Notes under the pieces: model-generated
Database searches by the model: none
Told to the model about the DNA's origin: nothing
Seen by the model: the letters and a program-made list of their open reading frames with translations, nothing else
Assembly (NCBI GenBank): GCA_965116475.1
Contig: OZ220691.1
Location: 1,120,001 to 1,184,000 of the forward strand
Reading direction: 5' to 3'
Origin: Gemmatimonadota bacterium
Lineage (GTDB): Bacteria; Gemmatimonadota; Gemmatimonadetes; Palauibacterales; Palauibacteraceae
Length of the DNA stretch: 64,000 nucleotides
Program-made: the position numbers and the translations under genes
In this document: in pieces, positions 17,455 to 26,767 of the stretch
How positions within the stretch are numbered: the first letter of the stretch is position 1
How the letters are laid out: every line of letters starts with the position of its first letter

Positions 17455-19899
17455 TTACCGCCCGATGAGCCTCAGGAAGCGGGGGTCCCGGCGCACGCGC
17501 TCGAAGTCGTCGGCGCCCGGCAGCGTCTGCCGTCGACCCGGATTGAGTTCGACCGCCCGCTCAAGGGCGTTGAAGGCGTCGTCTTCGCGCCCGTCGTCGA
17601 GCAGGAGCGCGGCCAGCGTCACCCACGCGTTGTCGTTCTCCGGCGACCTGTCCGCAGCGTCGCGCGCCAGCGCCAGGGCGCCCTGCAGGTCGCCGTCCCG
17701 CCGCAGCCGCGAGGCTTCGCGCAGCATCTGGCCCGAACGGTACATGTTGAGGACCCGGCGCAGTTCGGCGAGCGGTGCGTCGTGGTCGTCGACCCGGATG
17801 TCGACGACGCGGTCGCTGTAGCCGCCGTTGACGCGCGGCGCCACGACGAGGATGGCGCCGGACTGCATGCCGCGCGCGTCGCCGCCGGCCGCCTGAGCGG
17901 CGTCGAGCGCGTCCATGAGCCGTTCCGCGAGCGGTCCCGTGGAGGCTTCGAACGAGGCCGCCATCGCGTCGACGACCTCGGGCCCGGTGAGGATGTTCCC
18001 CTGCGCGCAGTAGTCCACGCCGCACCTGTGGCCCTTCCAGTCGCTCGCGCCGGTGCCGGTCCAGGCAGCCGTCCGTCCCTGCTGGTCGAGGATCGCAACC
18101 TGGCGCCGATCCCGGCCCTCGTCGCTTCCCACCATCATCTCGAGCGCCTCCTCGGGCGAGTAGCCGGCCTGCAGGAGCTCGATGCCGATCGCCCCGTACA
18201 TGGGGTTCGCGGCGGCCTGGTGGGCGATGATCACGAGTCCGCCCTTCGCGTGCATGGCGCGGTTTCCGGCCCCGAACGCCTTCGACTGCACACCCATCCC
18301 CAGCTCGCCGGTCGCGGGGTCGCGCCCGATGATCGAGTACGTCCCGAGGTAGTTCGGGTCGTAGTTCGGGTCGACGAGGTCCGCCGCGCCCGATGTCGGA
18401 ACCATGCGCGGCTCGGGGACCGCTTCGGGCGAAGCCCAGGCACCGCCCAGCGCCCGATGGACGGCCAGCCTCGCCAGGGCCAGGTCTCGCGTCGCGCCCG
18501 CCAGCGCCGCCTCGACGTTCAGGAGCGTGCGCAGGGCGTCGAGATAATCGGTGTAGCCCACGACCCCCGACTCGTATCGCTGCGACTGCAGCTCCATCGT
18601 CGCCTGCGCCTCCTCGCGCTGGGAGGCGAGGAACGCGTGCCGTCGCGTCTCGTTCTCCAGGCCGGCGAGTGCGGTTTCGACTTCGTTCACCGCCGTCACC
18701 ACGGTCCGTCCGTACGCCGCGGCGGCTTCATCGAAAAGGCCCTCGGCCAACGCGAGATTGTTCCGGAGCCTACCGGCCTGGAAGATGGGCGCGGTCAGGT
18801 TCGTGATCAGGTTCGTGAACCACTGCTGTGCGTTGAAGAGTTCGCCGGCATCGGAGCTTGCGAGCCCGATGGAACCGGAGAGCGAGAGCGACGGAAGCAG
18901 CTGGGCCCGGCGTGCGCCGATACTGTAGCGGGCCGCGTCGAGCCGCTGGCCCGCCGCCCTCACGTCTGGCCGCTGGTACAGGAGATCCGCCGGAATCCCG
19001 GCGGGGACCGGGTCCGCCGCCAGTTGCGGCGCGAGAGAGTCGGGCAGGATCTCCTCGACGTCGTCCCGATAGCCGCCCAGCAGAACGGCCAGGCGGGCCT
19101 CGGCGCCCGTGAGCTGCGTTTCGAGCTGCGGCAGCCCCGCCTGCGTGTTCCTGAGATCCTGGCGAACCTGGGACAGCGTCCAGGAGTCGATCAGCCCGCG
19201 ATCGTAGCTCGTTGACGCCAGCGACTCGCGTTCGAGCAGCACCTCCACCGTCTCGCGGGCCAGTCCGCTCTGCCGCCGCAGGCTGACGATGTCGAAGTAC
19301 GTGGTGATGGTCTCGGCCAGGATGCCGATCCGCGCCGCATGGAAATCCGATTCCGAAGCCAGGTAGTGTGACCCCGCCGCCCGCGCGTCGTTGCGGGCGC
19401 GTCCCCAGAAGTCCAGCTCCCAGGCGAAATCCGCACTGACCGAATACGTCGTCAGCTCGATTCTTTCCGGAAACGCGAAACCCGCGACCGTATCTCCCGG
19501 ACTGCCGAGCCCGAGAGCCTGTATCTGCGCCCCGATGCCGGCGTCCGTCGGCTGGTCGACGTCGTTGACGGCGCCGCTCGCCCCGACGCTCGGGAAGAGG
19601 TCGGCCCGCGCCATGCGCGCCCTCGCGCGAGCCTGACGGACGCGCGCGACGCCCGCGGCGAGGTCGAAGTTGGAGGCGAGCACGGAATCGACCACGGCGT
19701 CGAGCACCGGATCCCGGAACGTCGTCCACCACTGCAACGGCTCATATGTCCCCGGCGGCAACAGGGCCGTGAAGTCCTCCGGCATCTCCGCCACCGGCTC
19801 CGGCAGGGACGGCCCCGGGGCCAGCGAACAGGCGGAGAGCAGCAGGAGCGGGGCGAGCCGCAGCAGTCTCGTCACACGCGGTGCTTCCGTGCGCGCCAT
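17455..19899 (-). CDS. Fusion protein: NodT/TolC-type outer-membrane efflux lipoprotein + DUF1028 (Ntn-hydrolase-like) + TPR
   Basis: Lipobox LLSAC, WWTTFRDPVL, WELDFWGR, PADLLYQRPDVRAA, LAVHRALGGAW (OEP); then TYSIIGRDPATGELG.GVQSK, AQGNILTGPEVV, AGGDARGMQS, DIRVDDHDAPLAELRR (DUF1028); C-terminal TPR-like helices; one uninterrupted 814-aa ORF. Confidence 0.85.
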   Translation of the reverse strand: MARTEAPRVTRLLRLAPLLLLSACSLAPGPSLPEPVAEMPEDFTALLPPGTYEPLQWWTTFRDPVLDAVVDSVLASNFDLAAGVARVRQARARARMARADLFPSVGASGAVNDVDQPTDAGIGAQIQALGLGSPGDTVAGFAFPERIELTTYSVSADFAWELDFWGRARNDARAAGSHYLASESDFHAARIGILAETITTYFDIVSLRRQSGLARETVEVLLERESLASTSYDRGLIDSWTLSQVRQDLRNTQAGLPQLETQLTGAEARLAVLLGGYRDDVEEILPDSLAPQLAADPVPAGIPADLLYQRPDVRAAGQRLDAARYSIGARRAQLLPSLSLSGSIGLASSDAGELFNAQQWFTNLITNLTAPIFQAGRLRNNLALAEGLFDEAAAAYGRTVVTAVNEVETALAGLENETRRHAFLASQREEAQATMELQSQRYESGVVGYTDYLDALRTLLNVEAALAGATRDLALARLAVHRALGGAWASPEAVPEPRMVPTSGAADLVDPNYDPNYLGTYSIIGRDPATGELGMGVQSKAFGAGNRAMHAKGGLVIIAHQAAANPMYGAIGIELLQAGYSPEEALEMMVGSDEGRDRRQVAILDQQGRTAAWTGTGASDWKGHRCGVDYCAQGNILTGPEVVDAMAASFEASTGPLAERLMDALDAAQAAGGDARGMQSGAILVVAPRVNGGYSDRVVDIRVDDHDAPLAELRRVLNMYRSGQMLREASRLRRDGDLQGALALARDAADRSPENDNAWVTLAALLLDDGREDDAFNALERAVELNPGRRQTLPGADDFERVRRDPRFLRLIGR

Positions 19900-19906
19900 C
19901 GCCTGC

Positions 19907-20623
19907 TCAGGGCGCGATGCTGAAGCCGAACACCAGGTGCGCCCGGTCCTGGTCGGGATTCAGGATGTACGCGACGCTCACCGGCACGGCGAAGGTCTCC
20001 GTGATCGCGAGGTCCTTGCTCGCCGTGACCCCCAGGTTGACCACGGCCGCCTCGTCGGTGCCGTAGAAGTCGCTCTCGCCGCCCACGAAACCCAGGTGCA
20101 GCCCGACACCCACTCCCGACACCTCGAAGGGCACGCCGACCTCCCCGTACAGCACGCTGCTCTCGGTGAGCATGCCTCCGAAAAGGGAGATCGGGAAGGT
20201 CTCCGGACCCGAGAAGGCGAGCGACATCTCCACCGTGTGCGATGCGCCGGCCCCGAAGCCCGTGCGGGCGTCGGGCGAGGGGAAGTAGTAGTCCGTGATC
20301 CCGACCGCGACGGAGAGGCCCGACTCGGCCGTCACCGTGTAGGTCGCCCAGAGATCGTTCTCGTTGGCGGAGGCGCCCGAGGCGGAGATGGAGTACGAAC
20401 CCCACGCACCGAACTCGAGCCCTCCGGCACCAAAGGTGATCGCCGGCTGCACGGCCATGGACTCGCCGAAGTCGACGCCGCGCCATACGTAGCGGCTGAC
20501 GACGTCGGCTCCGATGGAGGCCGACTGGCCCCACACGGGGGCGGCGAAGGCGAAGAGGGCCACGACGGCAACAGCGAGCCGGAGGCCCCGGAACCGGAAC
20601 GAATCAACGCGGATCACGGACAC
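19907..20623 (-). CDS. Putative outer-membrane beta-barrel/porin (TorF-like)
   Basis: Signal peptide; GADVVSRYVWRG..QP, GAWGS, ENDL, ITDYYF; alternating beta pattern, ends HLVFGFSIAP; GAGGAG RBS before GTG. Confidence 0.65.
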   Translation of the reverse strand: MSVIRVDSFRFRGLRLAVAVVALFAFAAPVWGQSASIGADVVSRYVWRGVDFGESMAVQPAITFGAGGLEFGAWGSYSISASGASANENDLWATYTVTAESGLSVAVGITDYYFPSPDARTGFGAGASHTVEMSLAFSGPETFPISLFGGMLTESSVLYGEVGVPFEVSGVGVGLHLGFVGGESDFYGTDEAAVVNLGVTASKDLAITETFAVPVSVAYILNPDQDRAHLVFGFSIAP

Positions 20624-21486
20624 GATTCTTCTCCTCTCTCGATAGTGACCCGGGAGCGAAGCATGGACTCCGCCGAACCCCGGAAGACGCCGCGAGTGGG
20701 CGGAACATCCGCATAATCGCGGCCCACCGCGACCCGCACATGGCGCACATCGCATTGTGTATCGTTGGTCGGATCGAAGCCGACCCAGCCCATGCCGGGA
20801 AACCAGCTCTCGACCCAGGCATGGCTTTCGCCCCTCGTCACGCCACCGCCGTTCCCACCATCCGGACCCAGATAACCGGACACGTAACGGGTCGGGATCC
20901 CCCAACCCCGCAGGATCGAAGCCATGACATGCGCGTAGTCCTGGCACACACCCTCGCGGCTCTCCAGGATGCGCTCGATCGGCGAATCCACGGCGGTCGT
21001 ACCTGGAATATAATCAAACGACTCGTGGAGCCGGCTCCGCAGGGCCGTGGCGGTCGCCAGCGGGTCGTCCCCGCGCTCGATGCCGCAGCTCGTGATGAAG
21101 TCGGCGAGGAGTGGCGAGGAGCGGACGAAACGGCTGGGCTGCAGCATCAGCCCGAGTTCGGGAGCGCTCGCCGCCGCGCCGAGCCGGGCCCATGCCTCTT
21201 CCCCGACCTCGACGGGCGTCTCCGGCATGGGACCCACCTCCACGGTCGAACGTCCGACGATCGAGAGACGGCGATGCGTCCCGGGGCGATCGAAGAAGTG
21301 GCCCCGATTGTGAAACGGCCCCTCGAACTCGAACACCGGGCCGGCCGGGTCGGTCTCGATCGCGAAACGGCGCACCACCTGTCTTCGATCCTGCACGGGG
21401 TGCAGATAGAGCGTCATGACCGACGCCCGAACCGGCGCGCTGTACACGAACTCGACCGCGTGTTCGATCGTGTAGCGCACGATCAT
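20614..21486 (-). CDS. Transglutaminase-like protein (Bact_transglu_N + Transglut_core)
   Basis: YTIEH...Y..PV, catalytic GVCQDYAH, RYVSGY, SHAWVE, GFDPTN, VAVGRDYADVPP.RG. Confidence 0.92.
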   Translation of the reverse strand: MIVRYTIEHAVEFVYSAPVRASVMTLYLHPVQDRRQVVRRFAIETDPAGPVFEFEGPFHNRGHFFDRPGTHRRLSIVGRSTVEVGPMPETPVEVGEEAWARLGAAASAPELGLMLQPSRFVRSSPLLADFITSCGIERGDDPLATATALRSRLHESFDYIPGTTAVDSPIERILESREGVCQDYAHVMASILRGWGIPTRYVSGYLGPDGGNGGGVTRGESHAWVESWFPGMGWVGFDPTNDTQCDVRHVRVAVGRDYADVPPTRGVFRGSAESMLRSRVTIERGEESCP

Positions 21487-22466
21487 GACGGGAGTCCCGC
21501 GGTCACCGGGTAGTCGACGTACGTGGCCTGCACCAGGTCGTGCAGGGTCCGGCTGTCGCGCGTCAGAGCACCGAAGGCCTTCCCGGGCCCGGCGTCGGGT
21601 ACGGGTTCCGCCTCGCCCGGGTCGAGTTCGAGGGCCGCGGCGATCCGGAGCGCCAGGCGGTGCGGCGCGGCGAGCGGCGGCCGTCCGCCGGCCGGGTCGA
21701 TGCCCCGCAGCGTGGATTCGATGCGGCCGGTGGCGTAGTGCAGCGAACGGGAAACCTGCGGGTTCCGCATCAGAAAGCCGAGCACGGAGCTGCGCCGCAG
21801 CGCGAGAGACCGGTCCCGGCGGTAGGGTTCGAAGGCGCCGCACACGCGCAGCAGATCGGCCCAGGAGAGGGCCAGGCCGTCGCCTTCCGGCCGGGCGATC
21901 CGATCCCATACTTCGAGCAGCACGATCTGCTGCTGCAGCCGTTCCACGTAGCGGCCGAGTTCGAGGAAGCGCCACGCATCGTCCCTGGCCATGCTGGCGT
22001 CCACGACCCCGGCGAGGAGGCGCAGCCGGTCGATCGCCTGGCTCACGAGAGCCGCCGGTCCTTCGCCCCATACTTCAGCGAACTCCGTCTCCTGGAGCCA
22101 GAGGAACCCCTGGTTCAGACACACCCACACCCGCAGGGGCAGCCGGGGCCGGATCTCCCTGGCGTTTTCCCGCGCCATCCCCCAGCACGAAATCATCGAC
22201 GCCGGGTTCGTCGTGTCTTCGACGAGGCCGCCGGTCAACGTGTAGGCATCCGCGATGAGGAAGGCTTCGGCCTCGTCCACATCGGCCGGCGCCTGGGGCG
22301 GGGACTGACTCAGCGCCCGGTAGACGACGCGCCACCCGAGGGCGAGTTCATCGGCGTCCGTATCCACGAGACGGGTCAGCTGATACTCGAGCAGGCGGGC
22401 CGTGTTTTCGGTCCGTTCCGCGTAGCGGCCGAGCCAGTAGAAGTTCGCCGCCATCCGGGCTAGCAT
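21483..22466 (-). CDS. Alpha-E domain protein
   Basis: MLARMAANFYWLGRYAERTENTARLL, ARENAREIR, WRFLELGRYVER. Confidence 0.9.
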   Translation of the reverse strand: MLARMAANFYWLGRYAERTENTARLLEYQLTRLVDTDADELALGWRVVYRALSQSPPQAPADVDEAEAFLIADAYTLTGGLVEDTTNPASMISCWGMARENAREIRPRLPLRVWVCLNQGFLWLQETEFAEVWGEGPAALVSQAIDRLRLLAGVVDASMARDDAWRFLELGRYVERLQQQIVLLEVWDRIARPEGDGLALSWADLLRVCGAFEPYRRDRSLALRRSSVLGFLMRNPQVSRSLHYATGRIESTLRGIDPAGGRPPLAAPHRLALRIAAALELDPGEAEPVPDAGPGKAFGALTRDSRTLHDLVQATYVDYPVTAGLPS

Positions 22467-22490
22467 CGTCCGTCGCCTCTCACCCGTCCG

Positions 22491-23990
22491 CTACTCACGG
22501 AGGATCCAGAGATCCTTGCAGCCTCCGCCCTGGCTGGAGTTCACGACCAGGCTTCCCTTCCTCAGCGCAACGCGGCACAGCCCCCCGGGAACGACATGCT
22601 GCGTTTCGCTCCCCTGGAGAACGAAGGGGCGCAGGTCCACGTGGCGAGGCTCCAGCCGTCCGTCCACGAAACAGCCGGCCCGTGAGAGGGGCAGCACGGG
22701 CTGCGAGATGTAGTTGGCCGGGTCGCTCCGCAGGTGCTCCGCGAACGCTTTCCGCTCGGCTTTCGTCGCATGCGGACCCACAAGCATCCCGTAGCCGCCG
22801 CTCCCGCCGACTTCCTTGACGACGAGTTCCTCCAGGTTGTCCAGCGTGTAGGCGAGGCCGTCCGGCTCCCGGCAGAGATGGGTCTCGACGTTGGCCAGAA
22901 TCGGCTCCTCATCCAGAAAATAGCGGATGATGCGGGGGACGTACGCGTACAGCGCCTTGTCGTCCGCCACGCCCGTGCCCGGCGCGTTGGCGAGCACCAG
23001 GTTGCCGGCGCGGTAGGCGTGGAAGAGGCCGGCGGCCCCCAGGACGGAGTCGTCCCGGAACGCGATCGGATCCAGAAAATCGTCATCGATCCGCCGATAG
23101 AGCACGTCGATCCGCCGCAGACCCGCGGCCGTGCGGGCGTACAGCGTCGCGTCGTGCACGACGAGATCCCGCCCCTCCACCAGATCCACGCCCATCTCGC
23201 CGGCCAGGAACGCGTGCTCGTAGTAGGCGGAGTTGTAGCGGCCCGGCGTCAGCACGGCCATGCGGGGCGTCTCCGCGGTCCGCGAGAGCGACGCGAGCGT
23301 CGAGTAGAGGCGCTCCGGGTAGTCCGCCACCTCGCGGACCCCGTACGCCCGATACAGGTAGGGGAAAGCCCACTTCATCGCCGTGCGGCAGGCGAGCATG
23401 TAGGAAACGCCCGACGGGACGCGGAGATTGTCCTCCAGCACCGCGAAGGTGTCGCCGGCGCGCACGATGTCCGTCCCGCACACGGCGACGTAGACATCGT
23501 GCGGCACCTTCATCTCCCGCATCTCGAGGCGGTACTGCGGACAGCTGAGCACGAGGTCGACCGGGACGATGCCGTCCCGCAGCGACTTCCCGTCGTGGTA
23601 GACATCGTGCAGGAACAGGTTGAGGGCGGCGAGGCGCTGCTTCAGCCCCCGCTCGATGTGATCCCACTCCTCGGCGGTGATGAGGCGCGGCACGCAGTCG
23701 ATGGGGATGATCTGCTCCGAGACATCTTCGACGCCGAGGACCGTGAACGTGATCCCCTCATGGACGAAACGCCGGTACACCCCGTCCTGGAGCCGCTCCA
23801 GATCTTCGGGGGGGATCTTCGAGAGGGCGGCGCCGAGCCGGCGCGCCCGCGCCCTGGGCGTACCGTCCTCGTGGAACAACTCGTCGTGAAACGCGGCATC
23901 CAGCTCGTAGTGCCGGAAAGGCCCGGACCCCGCCGAGATCGCGGGGTCCGGGTCGGCATAGCCGTGATCGACGAACGTCACCGCCGACAT
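22491..23990 (-). CDS. Circularly permuted type 2 ATP-grasp protein
   Basis: GITF, VLEDNLRVPSGVSY, LTPGRYNSAYYEH.FLA, DVLYRRIDDDFLDP, NAPGTGVADDK, GSGGYGM, PRHVDLRPF, LVVNSSQGGG.KD. Confidence 0.93.
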   Translation of the reverse strand: MSAVTFVDHGYADPDPAISAGSGPFRHYELDAAFHDELFHEDGTPRARARRLGAALSKIPPEDLERLQDGVYRRFVHEGITFTVLGVEDVSEQIIPIDCVPRLITAEEWDHIERGLKQRLAALNLFLHDVYHDGKSLRDGIVPVDLVLSCPQYRLEMREMKVPHDVYVAVCGTDIVRAGDTFAVLEDNLRVPSGVSYMLACRTAMKWAFPYLYRAYGVREVADYPERLYSTLASLSRTAETPRMAVLTPGRYNSAYYEHAFLAGEMGVDLVEGRDLVVHDATLYARTAAGLRRIDVLYRRIDDDFLDPIAFRDDSVLGAAGLFHAYRAGNLVLANAPGTGVADDKALYAYVPRIIRYFLDEEPILANVETHLCREPDGLAYTLDNLEELVVKEVGGSGGYGMLVGPHATKAERKAFAEHLRSDPANYISQPVLPLSRAGCFVDGRLEPRHVDLRPFVLQGSETQHVVPGGLCRVALRKGSLVVNSSQGGGCKDLWILRE

Positions 23991-23994
23991 TGAA

Positions 23995-24014
23995 CGCTAC
24001 CCGTCGCTACCCGT
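23995..24014. repeat. 10-bp direct tandem repeat (CGCTACCCGT x2) in the amt / ATP-grasp spacer
   Basis: Read directly from the sequence. Confidence 0.7.
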
Positions 24015-24024
24015 GGGCGGACGC

Positions 24025-25434
24025 TCAGTCCGCGTCGCGGTAGTCGTTGTCGTCGTCCGGATCCACCATGAGGACGAATTCGGGATAGGCATCGATCCCG
24101 AGTTCCGCCGCGTCCTGGCCGATGCTCTCGACGCTCCGCGACACGCGAACGCCCATCGTCCTGTCCAGCACCGTCCAGAAGATCCAGGAAACGGAGAAGA
24201 CGAACGCGCCCACGGCCGCGACGCCGGTCAACTGCACCCAGACATCGCCGCCGGCCGCGATGGCGGTGGCGAGCGTGCCCCAGATTCCGGCGAACAGGTG
24301 TGCGGGCACGGCGCCGACCACGTCGTCGATCCGCCGCACCTCGAGCAGCTTCAGCCCGAACATGCACAGGAGCGAGCCGACGGCGCCGATCAGGATCGCC
24401 CACAGCGAGTTGGTGATGTTCGGTCCCGCGGTGATCGCCACCATGCCGGAGATCGCCCCGTTGAGTGTGGCGAAGAGGTCGACCCGGCCGAGTATGGACC
24501 GGGACAGGCAGAGCGCCGTGATGACGCCGGCCGCGGCGGCGAGGTTCGTGTTCACGAGGATGTTGCTCATGGAGACCGCGTTGACAACGCCCGAGAGGGC
24601 GAGTTCGGAGCCCCCGTTGAAGCCGAACCAGCCCATCCAGAGGATGAACACCCCCAGCGTGACGGCGGGGATGTTCGAGGGCGGGGTCAGCTTGATGGAG
24701 CCGTCCTTGCGGTACTTGCCCCAGCGCGGACCCACGACGAGTGCGCCGGCCAGCGCCGCCCAGCCGCCGGTCGAGTGCACGATCGTGGAGCCGGCGAAGT
24801 CCGTGAAGCCCATCTGTCCGAGCCAGCCGCCACCCCACGTCCACGCGCCGACGATGGGGTAGATGACCGCGGTGAGCCCGCCCACGAAGACGAAGAAGGT
24901 CCAGAGCTTGACCCGCTCGGCCAGCGCGCCGGAGACGATCGAGGCAGTCGTGGCGACGAAGACCATCTGGAAGAACCAGTCCGACATCACGGAGTAGCCG
25001 TTCTCCGCGACGGCGGCGGCCGCGCCTTCGTCCCCGCCGATGAGCGCGACCTCGTCGGCGGACGGGCCGTAGAGGAAGCTGATCGACCCGATCAGGCTCC
25101 CGACGTCCACGTACATGAGGTTGTAGCCGATGACGTAGTACATGAGACCCGCAATCGAGTACAGTCCGATGTTCTTCATGCAGATCATGGACGCGCTCTT
25201 GGACCGCACGGACCCGGCTTCGAGCATCGTGAAACCCGCGCACATCCACATCACGAGCACGCCCCAGACGAGGAACGAATACGTGTTGAGGACGAACCCG
25301 AGATCTCCGACAACGTCCTGCGCGGCGACGACGGCCGGCGCCAGGAGGAGGCCCGCGCCGGAGAGCAGCGCGGCGGTTGCGAGATTCCTTCCCGCCGCGA
25401 ACCGGCGGGACCAGCGTACCTGATGGGTGCTCAC
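24025..25434 (-). CDS. amtB: Ammonium transporter (Amt family)
   Basis: GFTMLEAG, FFQMVFVAT..SIVSGALAER, DFAGSTIVH, GWFGFNGGS, IDDVVGAVPAH (twin His kept); GTG start after GAAGGAG. Confidence 0.93.
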   Translation of the reverse strand: MSTHQVRWSRRFAAGRNLATAALLSGAGLLLAPAVVAAQDVVGDLGFVLNTYSFLVWGVLVMWMCAGFTMLEAGSVRSKSASMICMKNIGLYSIAGLMYYVIGYNLMYVDVGSLIGSISFLYGPSADEVALIGGDEGAAAAVAENGYSVMSDWFFQMVFVATTASIVSGALAERVKLWTFFVFVGGLTAVIYPIVGAWTWGGGWLGQMGFTDFAGSTIVHSTGGWAALAGALVVGPRWGKYRKDGSIKLTPPSNIPAVTLGVFILWMGWFGFNGGSELALSGVVNAVSMSNILVNTNLAAAAGVITALCLSRSILGRVDLFATLNGAISGMVAITAGPNITNSLWAILIGAVGSLLCMFGLKLLEVRRIDDVVGAVPAHLFAGIWGTLATAIAAGGDVWVQLTGVAAVGAFVFSVSWIFWTVLDRTMGVRVSRSVESIGQDAAELGIDAYPEFVLMVDPDDDNDYRDAD

Positions 25435-25620
25435 GGCGGCTCCTTCTTCAACAGGTTCTGTCGGCTTGATCGTGCCCCTCCGCGACTCTCGATCTAGGTT
25501 GCGTCCCTGCTCGGCATCGCGCAACGGGTTCCCGGAGGGCCGGTAGCCGAACGGCGGCAGCCGCTTATCTTCGGGAGTGACCGGACTGCACCGGAATCTT
25601 CGACGAGAGGGCATATCATC

Positions 25621-26679
25621 ATGTGGAAACGCTCCATCGGAGTGGTCGCCGCATTCGGGTTGGGGCTGGCGCTCCCTGCCGCACACCCCCTCCTTGCCCA
25701 GGAAATCCGGGCTCGTGGCGGCTCCACCGTCACCGTGGGCGCCCGGATCCAGGCACAATACGAGGCTTCGAGCGTCGACGAGACGCCTTCGTCCTTCTTC
25801 ATCCGGCGCGCCTGGGTGACCATCGACGGGAGGCTCAACGATCTCGTCGCCGCCAGGGCGCAGTTCAACATCGACGGCGCATCGGTTCTCGAAGCGTACC
25901 TCGAACTCACACCCAGCGAGGCGCTGGAGATCCAGTTGGGGCAGTTCAAGAAGGGGATGTCGTACTTCTGGCTGGTGCCCAACGCCTGGCTCCCGATCAT
26001 CGAACGAGACGCCAGGGTCACGGGAGTGGATCACTGCCCCGGGGTCGGGAGCGTCTGCACCTTCGGCCGTCTCACCGGCGCGCTGGGCCTGGACAACTAC
26101 GAGCCCGGCATCCTCGCGCAGGGGCGCCCCAGCGACCACTTCGGCTACCGCTTCACGCTCACCAACGGCGAGGGGATCGGGAACAAGGACGTGAACACCG
26201 GGAAGTCGGCCTCGGGCCAGCTCTCGCTCTTCCCCACCGGAGGAAACACGCGCGTGTCCGCCTACTTCGCCCTGGACGAGACGCTCAACAGCCGGGACGA
26301 GACGATGGGAGTCCCCGCGATCGGGGCCGAGGTGGAATTCGGCACCTGGCTCGGCGGTCCCCACCTGATCGCCAACGTCCTGCAGGGCCGCAACTGGAAG
26401 CTGAACGATGACGCGAAGTTCTCCGCCTTCCAGTTCATGGCCTTCTGGTACGTTCCCACGGCCCCGGAGTCCGGGTTCTCGGGGATCGAGCCGATGCTGC
26501 GGGTAAGCTGGGTCGACTCCGGCGCGGAGCATCCGGAAAAGGTCACCGGGACGGTGGTCACGCCGGGCGTCATGGTGTACTTCGCGGGTCGAAACGGGAT
26601 CTCCACGAACGTGGACTTCTACAGCTCGGGCGGCCGGTCGGACTGGTCCTGGAAGGTGCAGGCGTTCGCGTTCTTCTGA
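25621..26679 (+). CDS. Porin (OprO/OprP-like), divergent from amt
   Basis: Signal peptide, RIQAQY, FFIRRAW, EAYLE...IQLGQFK, NGEG, C-terminal QAFAFF. Confidence 0.7.
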   Translation: MWKRSIGVVAAFGLGLALPAAHPLLAQEIRARGGSTVTVGARIQAQYEASSVDETPSSFFIRRAWVTIDGRLNDLVAARAQFNIDGASVLEAYLELTPSEALEIQLGQFKKGMSYFWLVPNAWLPIIERDARVTGVDHCPGVGSVCTFGRLTGALGLDNYEPGILAQGRPSDHFGYRFTLTNGEGIGNKDVNTGKSASGQLSLFPTGGNTRVSAYFALDETLNSRDETMGVPAIGAEVEFGTWLGGPHLIANVLQGRNWKLNDDAKFSAFQFMAFWYVPTAPESGFSGIEPMLRVSWVDSGAEHPEKVTGTVVTPGVMVYFAGRNGISTNVDFYSSGGRSDWSWKVQAFAFF

Positions 26680-26715
26680 TCGGGCCCGGACGGGCCGCGA
26701 CGAATCAACGCATCA

Positions 26716-26747
26716 GGGGGGCGCGCTGGCGATCCGGCGCGCCCCCC
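26716..26747. terminator. GC-rich hairpin between convergent porin and STAS genes
   Basis: GGGGGGCGCGCTGG-CGAT-CCGGCGCGCCCCCC, followed shortly by T-rich bases. Confidence 0.65.
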
Positions 26748-26767
26748 GATCCGTTTCCCGGCCTTTT

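Noticed and set aside
25464-25478. Sigma54 promoter upstream of amt (GGCACGATCAAGC on the minus strand)
   Set aside because: The GG-to-GC spacing is 9 rather than 10, and the TTGC element is absent.
24025-26532. 835-aa Amt with a long N-terminal extension
   Set aside because: The extension is the antisense of the porin gene. A GTG with a GAAGGAG RBS at 25434 gives a normal Amt with a signal-like leader.
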